Assembly: GCF_000148385.1 (NCBI RefSeq)
Contig: NC_014537.1
Location: 270,001 to 302,000, forward strand
Length of the DNA stretch: 32,000 bases
Reading direction: 5' to 3'
From: Vulcanisaeta distributa DSM 14429
Lineage (GTDB): Archaea > Thermoproteota > Thermoprotei > Thermoproteales > Thermocladiaceae
Shown here: piece after piece, positions 9,058 to 17,840 of the stretch
How positions within the stretch are numbered: the first letter of the stretch is position 1
How the letters are laid out: each line of letters begins with the position of its first letter
Program-made: the position numbers and the translations under genes
The notes under the pieces: model-generated
Databases searched by the model: none
Told to the model about the DNA's origin: nothing
Seen by the model: only the letters and a program-made list of their open reading frames with translations

Positions 9058-9801
9058 ATGACCACAATGAGCGTTATCAGGCTGAAGTACGCCCACTCAG
9101 ACCCACTCTTCCATTACTCGGGGCTTAACCCGATATGGGCCAGTAATAATGAGTCAATAAGGTTAATACTTGAGGGTAAGGCAAGCATCGGCTTCGTACC
9201 ACTAACATACGCTGCGCTAAACTGTGATGCACTTTATGTAATTCCCAAATTCGCTATATACAGCGACGGGCCCGTTATATCCGCTAGGTTATTTAAGGGC
9301 CTGGGCACTGGGTACGCGGCCGTTAGTGACACGAGCGTCAACGCGTTGGCAGTGAGGAGGTTGTTAAATATTGAGATTAAGGTCATTGATGACCCATACA
9401 CAGCATTAAGGAATTTCGGTGCGGTGCTCGTTATTGGCGATGACGCCCTGAAAATGGTTGACGCAGGCTACCCATACATAATTGACGTTGGTGAGTTGTG
9501 GAAAGAAAGGGTTGGTCTGCCCTTGGTTTATGCAGTCATGGTTGTTACCAGGAATTATAATTATCACGAACTTAACACAGTAATTAGTGCCATTGAGAAG
9601 TCCCTTGAATTGTTTGAGAGGGATCCGGAGCCCGTTATTCAGTATACCGCGAGCAGGATTGGCGTGTCTAGGGAATTGATTAGGCAGTACTTCGGCGCGA
9701 TTAGGTATAGGGTTGATGATAGGGTCATTTTAGGGATTAATGAGGAGTTGAGGATATTCGGTATAGGTAATTGCCTGCGCTTCCTAGGCAATAAAGCTTA
9801 A
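9058..9801 (+). CDS. mqnA: chorismate dehydratase-like protein (MqnA family)
   Basis: A 247-aa periplasmic-binding-fold-like protein located between the Mqn radical SAM gene and mqnD. The LILEGKASIGFVPLTYAAL pattern resembles the MqnA 'geldvalips' region. The assignment relies largely on context. Confidence 0.55.
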   Translation: MTTMSVIRLKYAHSDPLFHYSGLNPIWASNNESIRLILEGKASIGFVPLTYAALNCDALYVIPKFAIYSDGPVISARLFKGLGTGYAAVSDTSVNALAVRRLLNIEIKVIDDPYTALRNFGAVLVIGDDALKMVDAGYPYIIDVGELWKERVGLPLVYAVMVVTRNYNYHELNTVISAIEKSLELFERDPEPVIQYTASRIGVSRELIRQYFGAIRYRVDDRVILGINEELRIFGIGNCLRFLGNKA

Positions 9802-9826
9802 TACCGCAGGACGAGGCCTTGTCACG

Positions 9827-10627
9827 ATGGAATTACTAATTGGACATAGCCCGGACCCGGACGACGCATTCATGTTCTACGCACTGAAGAAAGGCCTGGT
9901 CAAGGCGCCTTTCACGGTCAGGGAATTCCTAATTGATATTGAGACGCTGAATAAATTGGCGATTCACGGTAGGATCGACGTCACGGCAGTGAGCACGCAT
10001 GCCATGGCATACATAGGGGGTAAATACTACATACTTAGGGTTGGCGCATCCATGGGGCTTAAATACGGCCCGGTTGTGGTGGGTAATACCGCAAAGCCCG
10101 AGTTGGTTGCGGTGCCTGGCACTTACACCACGGCAACACTACTTGTTAGGCTTGCAATGCCTAATGTAAAGACCGTGGAGATACCCTTCGATAAGATCAT
10201 GGATGCAGTAAGGGCCGGCGTGGTTGATGCCGGTGTGTTAATACATGAGGGGCAAATAACGTATGAGAGGTATGGGCTTAGGAAGATCATAGACCTAGGT
10301 GAGTGGTGGTATGAAGAGACGAAGTTACCAACGCCATTAGGCTTAGACGTCGTTAAGGCGTCTCTGGGCATTGATATGGCTAAGGCGGTTAAGGAGGCGT
10401 TGCTGGAGTCAATTAAGTACGCAATGAGCCATAGGGAGGAGGCCCTGGCATACGCCATGGAATTCTCGAGGGGCCTAAACATGGGCGATACTGATAGGTT
10501 CGTTAGGATGTATGTAAATGATTACACGATGGACATGGGAGTTGATGGTGAGAAATCAATCAAGGTACTACTTGAGATGGGTCATGAAAGGGGTTTATTA
10601 CCCGAGCCTCAATTACTATTTATCTAA
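9827..10627 (+). CDS. mqnD: 1,4-dihydroxy-6-naphthoate synthase (MqnD)
   Basis: The N-terminus LLIGHSPDPDDAFMFYAL matches the conserved MqnD HSPCPNDTF-type start. 266 aa. Confidence 0.7.
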   Translation: MELLIGHSPDPDDAFMFYALKKGLVKAPFTVREFLIDIETLNKLAIHGRIDVTAVSTHAMAYIGGKYYILRVGASMGLKYGPVVVGNTAKPELVAVPGTYTTATLLVRLAMPNVKTVEIPFDKIMDAVRAGVVDAGVLIHEGQITYERYGLRKIIDLGEWWYEETKLPTPLGLDVVKASLGIDMAKAVKEALLESIKYAMSHREEALAYAMEFSRGLNMGDTDRFVRMYVNDYTMDMGVDGEKSIKVLLEMGHERGLLPEPQLLFI

Positions 10628-11692
10628 CCTGACTACTACGCCTCGTTTAGCTAATCCCTCTATCTCGTCACGTGACAGTCCAAGCTCAGTTAAAATCTCT
10701 ACAGTATTCTCACCAAGCCTCGGCGCGCTGCCCCGCGTCTTCGGCCTAGCGTCATTTATTCGTAATGGGTTTAGGAAGTCCTTCTCATTGAACCCCCTTG
10801 CAATCAATTGAGGGTCCTTACCGAGGTTCCTTATTGAGTTTACGGGGGCTGCCGGTACGTCGTGACGCCAAAGTAACTCGAGGGCTTCGGCAACCGTGTA
10901 CTTACTGAGCTCCTTGCTTAATTCATTTATGGCGCCTTTATCAAATTGCCTATTGATTAGATCTTCACGATTTAATGCCCTGCATAATCCCTGCCAGAAC
11001 TTAGTCTCTATGGCACCAATGGTTATGTAACCATCCCTGCACCTATATACGTTGTAGAATGGGTACTTACCCGTTAGGCTTGGGTCAGCGCCTTCATAGG
11101 TCATTGCCATGTTTAGTGCATTAAATAGTAATGCGGATTCCATCATCGATACCTCGACCCTACCACCAACACCCCTCAGTAATAGGCTTAACACGCCAAT
11201 AACGCATAGTAGGGCTGAGCCGACATCCGCGACCTGCACGGTCAGTGGCCTAGACATACCATCACTGAATAAGTCTGGGTCAAGCAGACCCGCGACACCC
11301 ACGGTATTTATGTCATGATTTGGGAGGCCCGAGTATGGGCCGTTCTCTCCATAGCCATTTATTGAGCAGTAAACGATCCTATCATTAACGCCCTTAAGAG
11401 TTTCATAGTCAATACCAAGCCTCCTCGTAACACCCGGCCTAAAACCCTCAATGACAACGTGACTCCTTTTAACAAGCCTGTAAAACAAATCCCTACCCTC
11501 CTCAGTCTTTAGGTTAATCGCAATACTCCTCTTACCGGCATTCAACCATTCAAAGAGCGTTGGCGATATTTCCCTTAGGTAATCACCGGACTCCGTATCC
11601 TCAACCTTAATAACTTCAAAACCAAGGTCGGCCAATATTCTAGTGGCGACACCGCCAGGATAGAGCCTCGTAAGGTCTAGGACCCTAAACAT
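10616..11692 (-). CDS. family III CoA-transferase (CaiB/BaiF / alpha-methylacyl-CoA racemase type)
   Basis: The N-terminus FRVLDLTRLYPGGVATRILADLGFEVIKVE is the hallmark start of the family. 358 aa. Converges on mqnD with a 12-nt overlap. Confidence 0.8.
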   Translation of the reverse strand: MFRVLDLTRLYPGGVATRILADLGFEVIKVEDTESGDYLREISPTLFEWLNAGKRSIAINLKTEEGRDLFYRLVKRSHVVIEGFRPGVTRRLGIDYETLKGVNDRIVYCSINGYGENGPYSGLPNHDINTVGVAGLLDPDLFSDGMSRPLTVQVADVGSALLCVIGVLSLLLRGVGGRVEVSMMESALLFNALNMAMTYEGADPSLTGKYPFYNVYRCRDGYITIGAIETKFWQGLCRALNREDLINRQFDKGAINELSKELSKYTVAEALELLWRHDVPAAPVNSIRNLGKDPQLIARGFNEKDFLNPLRINDARPKTRGSAPRLGENTVEILTELGLSRDEIEGLAKRGVVVRLDK

Positions 11693-11735
11693 TAAGTAAA
11701 TTCCAGGCCTAGGTTAATAAGTATTTGTTATGGAC

Positions 11736-12251
11736 TTAGGAGTTACGATTATCACCCCTCTGCCCACTATTCTTCACCATGAACCATGTCCCTATTCCCA
11801 CTGCGCATAGTTTTTTGTTTGCGTCGTATACGTGGGCCTCGGCAACGGCTAGGTGCCTACCAGCCCTTATCACCCTACCCTCCACGGTGAATGGGCCGTT
11901 TACCAGCGGTTCCAGGAAGTGCACCTTTAACTCGGCCGTGTATTGATCAACACCATCATTAACCGTCATGACCGCTGTACCGAGCACCGTATCAATAACT
12001 GTCATAACAACGCCGCCATGAACCATACCACCCTTCCTAAGAATCTCACGCTTATAGGGAAAAACAGCCCTAACAAAACCATCACCAATCTCAACAAACT
12101 CAAGACCAATGAAGTTAAATAATGGTTCACTACGTAGGTAGTTATTCATTAACTCAGCAACATTAAAACCGGCGGACCTGGCCTTAAGAAATAACTCCTT
12201 AATGCTACTTATTGAACCGACGCCCTTTATTAACTCATCCCATGCCGACAC
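11736..12251 (-). CDS. PaaI-type hotdog-fold thioesterase
   Basis: The GGMVHGGVVMTVIDTVLG motif and a length of about 170 aa are typical of PaaI/YbdB/MenI-like thioesterases. Confidence 0.7.
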   Translation of the reverse strand: MSAWDELIKGVGSISSIKELFLKARSAGFNVAELMNNYLRSEPLFNFIGLEFVEIGDGFVRAVFPYKREILRKGGMVHGGVVMTVIDTVLGTAVMTVNDGVDQYTAELKVHFLEPLVNGPFTVEGRVIRAGRHLAVAEAHVYDANKKLCAVGIGTWFMVKNSGQRGDNRNS

Positions 12252-12317
12252 ATGATAAGGAGTAGGGAGGGCCTATTTAAGCAAAGTTTCGCTGATAAGT
12301 AAATAGTGGTAAGTAGC

Positions 12318-13520
12318 TTAAATAAAGCTAGGAATAACCTGCCCAGCCACTAGGGACTCCAGGGACTCCCTAAACCTGGCTATTCCATACTCATTCCCAT
12401 AAACAACAACCTCTGCGGGCCTGGGACGGCCATTATAATTACCGCTCATTGAATATACATAGGCGCCGGCATTGAGGATAATGAGTAAATCACCCTCCCT
12501 AACCCTCGGCAACTCCCTACCAATGGCCAACTTATCCGTGTTCTCGCAAATGGGCCCAACAACGTCCACCACCTCCCTCTCCTCATTATTACTACACGTG
12601 ATTATGTGGTGATAGGCACCGTAGAGCATAGGCCTAATGAGGACATTCATACCAACATCAACACCAACAAAGGTCCTACCACCCTTCCTCTTAACCTCAG
12701 TAACCCTAGTGACCAGGTAACCCGCATTACCAACAATGAACCTACCCGGCTCAACCCACAGCTCACCTGGGAAGAAATTCCTGAGAACCCCTAATCTACC
12801 TAAGTCAAGAGGCTTCTCATCGGGTCTATACGGGATCCCAAACCCACCACCCATGTCGAAGTACCTAATCCTAATGCCAACCCTGTCCTCAATCGCCTCA
12901 GCATATTCCTTAAGCAACTCAGCGATTTTAATGAAGTAATCAGCATCAAGTACATTACTACCCATCATTGCATGTATGCCGAACTCCCCAACACCCACAT
13001 CCCTAGCAAGCCTATAAGCCTCTACGGCATCGTCTAAGAACATGCCGAACTTACTCTCCTCACCAGCCAATACAACGCCCGGCGCGAAGCCCCTGCCATA
13101 GCCCAGGTCAACCCTGAAGAACGCGGTCTTAGGCTTATAACCAAGAGATAAAGCCCTCTCAAACTCCCTCCTCGAGTCGAAATTAAAGATAACGCCGGCG
13201 TCAATACCGTACTTAATGTCATTAATTGATCGAAAGGCGCCGGTGTACAATATATTACCCGGCTCAAAACCAGCCTTTAGTGCCAGGAATATCTCGCCAG
13301 GCGATGCAGCATCCGCGCCCGAACCAAGCTTCCTCAGGAAGGTAAGTATTGCCAAGTTGGGATTGGCCTTTATCGAGTATAAGACCCTGGCACCGGTGGC
13401 CTCCTTAATGACTCTATAATTCTCCTCAACCCTACCAAGGTCATAAACAATGAGCGGTGTGCCAAACCTGTCCGCTAACTCCATAAGGCTAATGCCATTA
13501 CCAACAACGCAATTGCTCAT
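12318..13520 (-). CDS. PLP-dependent decarboxylase, Orn/DAP/Arg decarboxylase family 2 (LysA-like)
   Basis: LYSIKANPN (PLP lysine), DMGGGFGIPY and EPGRFIVGNAG motifs. 400 aa. Substrate not resolvable by eye. Confidence 0.8.
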   Translation of the reverse strand: MSNCVVGNGISLMELADRFGTPLIVYDLGRVEENYRVIKEATGARVLYSIKANPNLAILTFLRKLGSGADAASPGEIFLALKAGFEPGNILYTGAFRSINDIKYGIDAGVIFNFDSRREFERALSLGYKPKTAFFRVDLGYGRGFAPGVVLAGEESKFGMFLDDAVEAYRLARDVGVGEFGIHAMMGSNVLDADYFIKIAELLKEYAEAIEDRVGIRIRYFDMGGGFGIPYRPDEKPLDLGRLGVLRNFFPGELWVEPGRFIVGNAGYLVTRVTEVKRKGGRTFVGVDVGMNVLIRPMLYGAYHHIITCSNNEEREVVDVVGPICENTDKLAIGRELPRVREGDLLIILNAGAYVYSMSGNYNGRPRPAEVVVYGNEYGIARFRESLESLVAGQVIPSFI

Positions 13521-13556
13521 TATAATACGGTAAGTAATGCCTCTTTTTTATCACTA

Positions 13557-14150
13557 TCACTTTATTATTTTTACACCGAGTACTTCCTGGAAGAACTTCA
13601 TTGCCTCAGCCTTACTTACCCTTTGTTCTCTGCCGACATCGTGCCTAGCCCTCCTCCTGTACATGACCCTTAACCCTGGCCTTGCGAGTACGGTCGCCAC
13701 GTTTAGGCCCCACACGCCTACCGCTGGGTCGTACTTAGTGCCTGGTATCATTATGTGCTCCCTAATTCCGAAGGCCACGTTGCCCCAGTCATCGAATGAG
13801 CTCTCCCTCAGTGTGAAGTCCACCGCAGCCAGCGTCCTCAGTAGGAACCAAACGGCCTTGTTTCTCCTTAGTGTTACGGCGACGCCTATCGGCTCACCCT
13901 TCCTAATGTTCCAGTCCTTAATTGACTTCTTGGCAAGCCTATAGCTTGGCTTCTGCATTGTTAATTCCTCAAGGACCTTGGCGGCCTTCTCGAGCCTCTC
14001 ACCACTCTGCCCAACGCCTATATTGGCGACCACCTTCTCAATCCTAATGACCCTCATTGGATGGTCCGCGGGTAATACGAACTTCCTCCAATCCACCTGG
14101 TCCGGTGTTAATGACTTTAGATCAATCTGTGTTAGGTCTATTGCAGGCAT
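13557..14150 (-). CDS. rpl5: 50S ribosomal protein uL5 (L5P)
   Basis: PMRVIRIEKVVANIGVGQSGERLEKAAKVLEELT...GEPIGVAVTLR is the conserved uL5 core. 197 aa. Confidence 0.85.
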   Translation of the reverse strand: MPAIDLTQIDLKSLTPDQVDWRKFVLPADHPMRVIRIEKVVANIGVGQSGERLEKAAKVLEELTMQKPSYRLAKKSIKDWNIRKGEPIGVAVTLRRNKAVWFLLRTLAAVDFTLRESSFDDWGNVAFGIREHIMIPGTKYDPAVGVWGLNVATVLARPGLRVMYRRRARHDVGREQRVSKAEAMKFFQEVLGVKIIK

Positions 14151-14284
14151 CGTTAAGCGTGGAGAATAAGCATTAATAAAAATTTGCCCCTTGGGCCTTG
14201 CGTTGATATATAGTCATACATATTAATAAATATGATTATTACTTTACTGACAAAAGCCCTATTAAGGCTTTAGCTTTACGGATC

Positions 14285-15676
14285 ATGATGTCGAGTAAGA
14301 CACCATTTGAACCACTTGATCGGTCGAAGCCAACACCAGGACATCTAAAGCTCCTATTCATATCCGGCGCAGGCTTCTTCGCAGATGCCTATGACCTATT
14401 CGCAATATCCATAGCCCTCGTCTTCCTGAAGCAGGTCTGGTCATTAACCACTTCAGAAATAAGCCTGATATCATCGGCCGCATTGTTCGGAGCAGTTATA
14501 GGGCCCTTCATATTTGGCAGAATAGGCGACATATTCGGTAGGAAGTACATATACGGCGTGGAGGCCGCCCTATTAACCGCCGGCGCCATAGCCTCAGCCC
14601 TCTCAATAAACCCAACAACGCTTTGGATAACGAGGTTCATACTTGGCCTTGGAGTCGGTGGTGATTACCCAATAAGTGCCACGCTAATGAGTGAGTACGC
14701 ACCAGCCAGGAGTAGGGGTTTGTTTGTGGCTGGCGTCTTCTCAATGCAGGGGTGGGGCATAGTCACGGCCGCCCTACTCGGCCTAGGACTACTGAATGCC
14801 AAGGTCAATCCAGACCTCGCCTGGAGGATAATACTTGGGTTCGGCGCTGTTATGCCCGCGCTAGTCATTTACTTTAGGCGTAGGGTTCATGAGACGCCCA
14901 GGTTTGAGTACTTCGTTAGGGGCAATGTCGAGGGTGCCAAGAGGGCAATAAGGGATGTGCTCAGGCAGGATGTGGAAATAAACGGTGTGAGAAACCATGA
15001 TAATGGCTTCCGCAGCAACTTCATAAGGTACCTACCAGTGGTTCTGGGCACCGCGATACCCTGGTTTGCACTCGACGTGTTTTTCTACGGCGTGAACATA
15101 TTTGGGCCCTTCGTGACATCAGCGATGGGCCTAGCCAAGAGCCCGTTGGCGGGTATATATGTTCAGTTATATGTTGTTTTGGCATTCCTAGTGCCTGGCT
15201 ATTACGTGGCGGCATTACTAGTGGATAAAATGGGTAGGAAGGCCATGCAGATAATGGGCTTCTCAATAGTAGCCGCTACGTATTTAGTCGCAGCGCTATT
15301 GCTTAGGAATGGCATAGTAAACCCAGTAATCATATTGGCGCTTTACGGCTTAGCCCAGTTCTTCACTAACGTTGGACCCAACGTGACGACGTTCATACTG
15401 CCAACGGAGGTATTCCCAACAAGGTTTAGGACGACGGGCCACGGGATAGCCGCCGGTAGCGGTAAATTGGGCGCAACAATAGCGGCATTACTAATACCGC
15501 TGTACTTCCCAATAACAAGCAGTGCATTAAGCACGGTGGCCAAGTACGTGGTTATGTCGAACCTACTGCTGGTCCTAGTCATCATGGCAATAATAGGCAT
15601 AGTATTCACCGCGCTCTTCATCAATGAACCTAAGGGCAAGTCTCTTGAACTATCCTCAGGGGAATTAACAACGTGA
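14285..15676 (+). CDS. MFS transporter, PHS (Pho84-like) inorganic phosphate:H+ symporter family
   Basis: GAGFFADAYDLFAISIAL near the N-terminus is characteristic of PHS phosphate transporters. About 12 hydrophobic segments and a GRIGDIFGRK MFS loop motif. Confidence 0.7.
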   Translation: MMSSKTPFEPLDRSKPTPGHLKLLFISGAGFFADAYDLFAISIALVFLKQVWSLTTSEISLISSAALFGAVIGPFIFGRIGDIFGRKYIYGVEAALLTAGAIASALSINPTTLWITRFILGLGVGGDYPISATLMSEYAPARSRGLFVAGVFSMQGWGIVTAALLGLGLLNAKVNPDLAWRIILGFGAVMPALVIYFRRRVHETPRFEYFVRGNVEGAKRAIRDVLRQDVEINGVRNHDNGFRSNFIRYLPVVLGTAIPWFALDVFFYGVNIFGPFVTSAMGLAKSPLAGIYVQLYVVLAFLVPGYYVAALLVDKMGRKAMQIMGFSIVAATYLVAALLLRNGIVNPVIILALYGLAQFFTNVGPNVTTFILPTEVFPTRFRTTGHGIAAGSGKLGATIAALLIPLYFPITSSALSTVAKYVVMSNLLLVLVIMAIIGIVFTALFINEPKGKSLELSSGELTT

Positions 15677-15709
15677 TGCATTAAAACCAAGCCCCAATGT
15701 AGGTGTTGT

Positions 15710-16129
15710 GTGAGCGTTTCTAGGGAATTTGTTAAGAATCTTATTAGGGACATTGAGTATGCTGTAAGGGAGGTTAATAGGATTGCGAGTAAGTCGTATG
15801 ATGAATTGAGTGATGAGGATAAGATGGCCATTAGGTATGAGTTGATAGTCATCGCTGAGGCATTAATGGCCCTGGTAATGCACATAGTGCGTAGGGGCCT
15901 GAACGAAAGACCCAAGACACCCATAAACGCGTTAATGATGGCCAGGGACAGGGGCTTACTGACTATGAATGAGTATGAGGACTTGACGAAGTTGGTAAGA
16001 CTTAGGAATCTCCTCGTCCATAGGTATTGGGTGATTGACGATTACTTAATATATCGAAGCATTAAGTCGGACTTTAAAAGCCTAGCGAGCTTTATAGATA
16101 GGCTAAGAAGCCGCTATGGCATTCGATGA
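15710..16129 (+). CDS. hepT: HEPN-domain (DUF86) protein, HepT-like putative RNase toxin
   Basis: The Rx4H HEPN motif sits in LVRLRNLLVHRYW. 139 aa with a GTG start. Overlaps the MNT gene by 14 nt. Confidence 0.75.
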   Translation: MSVSREFVKNLIRDIEYAVREVNRIASKSYDELSDEDKMAIRYELIVIAEALMALVMHIVRRGLNERPKTPINALMMARDRGLLTMNEYEDLTKLVRLRNLLVHRYWVIDDYLIYRSIKSDFKSLASFIDRLRSRYGIR

Positions 16130-16517
16130 AGGGTATACTTACCATTCAATAAGTCGTGAGGAGCGGGAATCATTGATTTCGAGGATTAGGGACGTACTTA
16201 GGGAGTATGGTGTTTCCCTAGGTATCGTATTCGGTAGCTTCGTAGACCTCGATGAGTTTAGGGACATAGATATCGCGGTTTATGGGAAGGATATCGACCT
16301 CAATAAGGTATTAAGCCTTGGGACCAGGCTTGAGGAGGTCCTTGGTATTCCGGTGGATGTGGTTTCATTAATGGATGTCGATCCCGAGTTCAGGCTTTCA
16401 ATACTGGAGCGTGGCATCGTAATTCTCGAGGATGTTGATGGTTTATACGAGGCATTAATAAGTGAGACCCTCGATGAACTTTACCTGGTGAGACACGGGG
16501 AAGACCTAGTACAGTAG
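16116..16517 (+). CDS. mntA: minimal nucleotidyltransferase (MNT), MntA-like antitoxin
   Basis: GIVFGSFVDLDEFRDIDIAVYG matches the GSx(9-13)DxD pol-beta-type NTase motif. 133 aa. Confidence 0.8.
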   Translation: MAFDEGYTYHSISREERESLISRIRDVLREYGVSLGIVFGSFVDLDEFRDIDIAVYGKDIDLNKVLSLGTRLEEVLGIPVDVVSLMDVDPEFRLSILERGIVILEDVDGLYEALISETLDELYLVRHGEDLVQ

Positions 16518-16853
16518 GTATGGTGCCTCCTTGAGCGTGCCTGTCATTGGGTCTATCATTAGGCCTAGGATCTCCAGTGTCGTTATACCTATGAGGACTT
16601 TATCAATTATGTCACTAATAACGACCCTAACCGTGGCCTCCCTACCCATTAACCTAACCCTAACCTCACTAAACTCAACATTAACAGGCCCGCCGACGGT
16701 CATGACCACGCCCCTATCCGTAACCCTCAGCCCAAGCTCCACAGCCAATGCCCTGGGTATGACAGTTAAGGTGGCGCCGCTGTCCACCAACGCCTTCACC
16801 CTGACCTCCCTATCCCCACTTATTAATTCGGCATCAACCCAAACATAGCCCAT
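16506..16853 (-). CDS. retropepsin-like (clan AA) aspartic protease, single-domain
   Basis: KALVDSGATLTVIP (DSGA) and C-terminal VLIGITTLEILGLMIDP. The paralog at 6384-6737 begins MGLVYVD, so ATG 16853 (MGYVWVD) is preferred over the track's TTG at 16874. A TATA-like box lies about 30 nt upstream. Confidence 0.7.
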   Translation of the reverse strand: MGYVWVDAELISGDREVRVKALVDSGATLTVIPRALAVELGLRVTDRGVVMTVGGPVNVEFSEVRVRLMGREATVRVVISDIIDKVLIGITTLEILGLMIDPMTGTLKEAPYLLY

Positions 16854-16880
16854 ACACTTCACCAATTCTATCAACGCGGC

Positions 16881-16890
16881 GCTTATAAAG
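16881..16890 (-). promoter_or_regulatory. TATA-like box (minus-strand CTTTATAAGC) for the retropepsin-like gene
   Basis: Lies in the 50-nt gap after the coiled-coil gene stop and is centred about 33 nt upstream of ATG 16853. Confidence 0.3.
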
Positions 16891-16903
16891 CTTCTACAAG
16901 TAA

Positions 16904-17764
16904 CTACGTCGATGACACCTCAAGTGGTGTTAATTCCTCCCTCCACGTAAGTACCCAAATACCGTTTTTCCTAGCCTCCTCAATGGCCTCAGGGACATAC
17001 CTCATGCAGTAAAGGACCTTAACAACCCTAGGCCTCAGGTACTGCGGGTACCTACTCCTCAACTCATTAATTACACCCATCAACTCCCCAACCTTACCGA
17101 CCCTAAGGTCCAGGGTTGAATCACCAACCACGCAAAGGTCATCGATGACACCATAAATATTCAACTCAAGTACCTCCCTACCGCCCTCGGTAATTACCAA
17201 CCTACCCAGCCTAACATTGATGCCAAGCCTCTCCCTCAGCCTCCAGGAAACGACGTCTAAGGCCTCATCCTCAATACTGTAAGTTAGCTTCTGCAGCGTC
17301 CTATTCATTTGATTTAGTGTCCTTTTAATATCCTGGACATCCCTAGTGAGCTCATCAAGCTTAGCCGAGTGACTCTGCAGCACTTTTCCATGCTCATCAA
17401 GCTTACTACCGTGCTCCTGCAGTAGCCTTGTATGCTCATTCAAAATCCTACCATGCTCCTCCAATAACCTACCATGTTCCTCCAGTAACCTTCTATTCTC
17501 CTCAAGGGCTTTACTATGCTCCTGCAATAACCTAGTGTGTTCCTCGAGGATCCTCGCGTGCTCCTGTAATACCTCTCCATGCCTCTTCAACTCCTCCTCA
17601 ATACTCACGATCCTACTGAGCATGGCATTAAAGTCCTGCCTAAGCGCCTTAAGCTCGTTAAGTATTGAGTCGAGACCCAGGGCACCGGCTATGGCAAGTC
17701 TAAACTCCTCATCAGTCCTTATCAACTCCAGCACAATCTTCCTGACCTCATCCCTACTAACCAC
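16904..17764 (-). CDS. coiled-coil protein with 12 His-containing heptads and an alpha/beta C-terminal domain (function unknown)
   Basis: A 286-aa ORF with a GTG start. Residues 59-142 form heptads L-[QE]-E-H-x-[RK]-[LI]. The C-terminal ~120 aa (EVLELNIYGVIDDLCVVGDSTLDLRVGKV...) recalls restriction-endonuclease-like domains of paralogous crenarchaeal families, but a canonical D..(D/E)xK triad is not evident. Confidence 0.6.
   Translation of the reverse strand: MVSRDEVRKIVLELIRTDEEFRLAIAGALGLDSILNELKALRQDFNAMLSRIVSIEEELKRHGEVLQEHARILEEHTRLLQEHSKALEENRRLLEEHGRLLEEHGRILNEHTRLLQEHGSKLDEHGKVLQSHSAKLDELTRDVQDIKRTLNQMNRTLQKLTYSIEDEALDVVSWRLRERLGINVRLGRLVITEGGREVLELNIYGVIDDLCVVGDSTLDLRVGKVGELMGVINELRSRYPQYLRPRVVKVLYCMRYVPEAIEEARKNGIWVLTWREELTPLEVSST
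17339..17590 (-). repeat. about 12 tandem 21-nt (heptad-encoding) repeats inside the coiled-coil gene
   Basis: The plus strand shows recurring ...atgctcctc/ctgcag/taacct... units. The translation is LKRHGEV LQEHARI LEEHTRL LQEHSKA LEENRRL LEEHGRL LEEHGRI LNEHTRL LQEHGSK LDEHGKV LQSHSAK LDELTRD. Confidence 0.8.
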
Positions 17765-17840
17765 ACCAATCTACACTACAAGAACACCGCCAGAATTAAT
17801 AACCCTTCCCATAACGTGGCCACATCACCCTCAGAGGGCT

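Noticed and set aside
13537-13944. A 135-aa plus-strand ORF opposite the uL5 gene.
   Set aside because: It is antisense to a highly conserved ribosomal protein gene, and its composition is that of a shadow frame.
14253-14271. A 6-bp hairpin (aaagcc-ctattaa-ggcttt) just upstream of the phosphate transporter start, together with an ATGATTA...CTGA pair.
   Set aside because: The stem is short and AT-rich, and the C/D-like boxes are only 8 nt apart. The evidence is insufficient for a regulatory RNA call.
15343-15924. A 193-aa minus-strand ORF spanning the MFS 3' end, the intergenic gap and the HEPN 5' end.
   Set aside because: It is long but has no motif and a low-complexity S/L/T/N composition. 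It overlaps two well-supported genes on the other strand.
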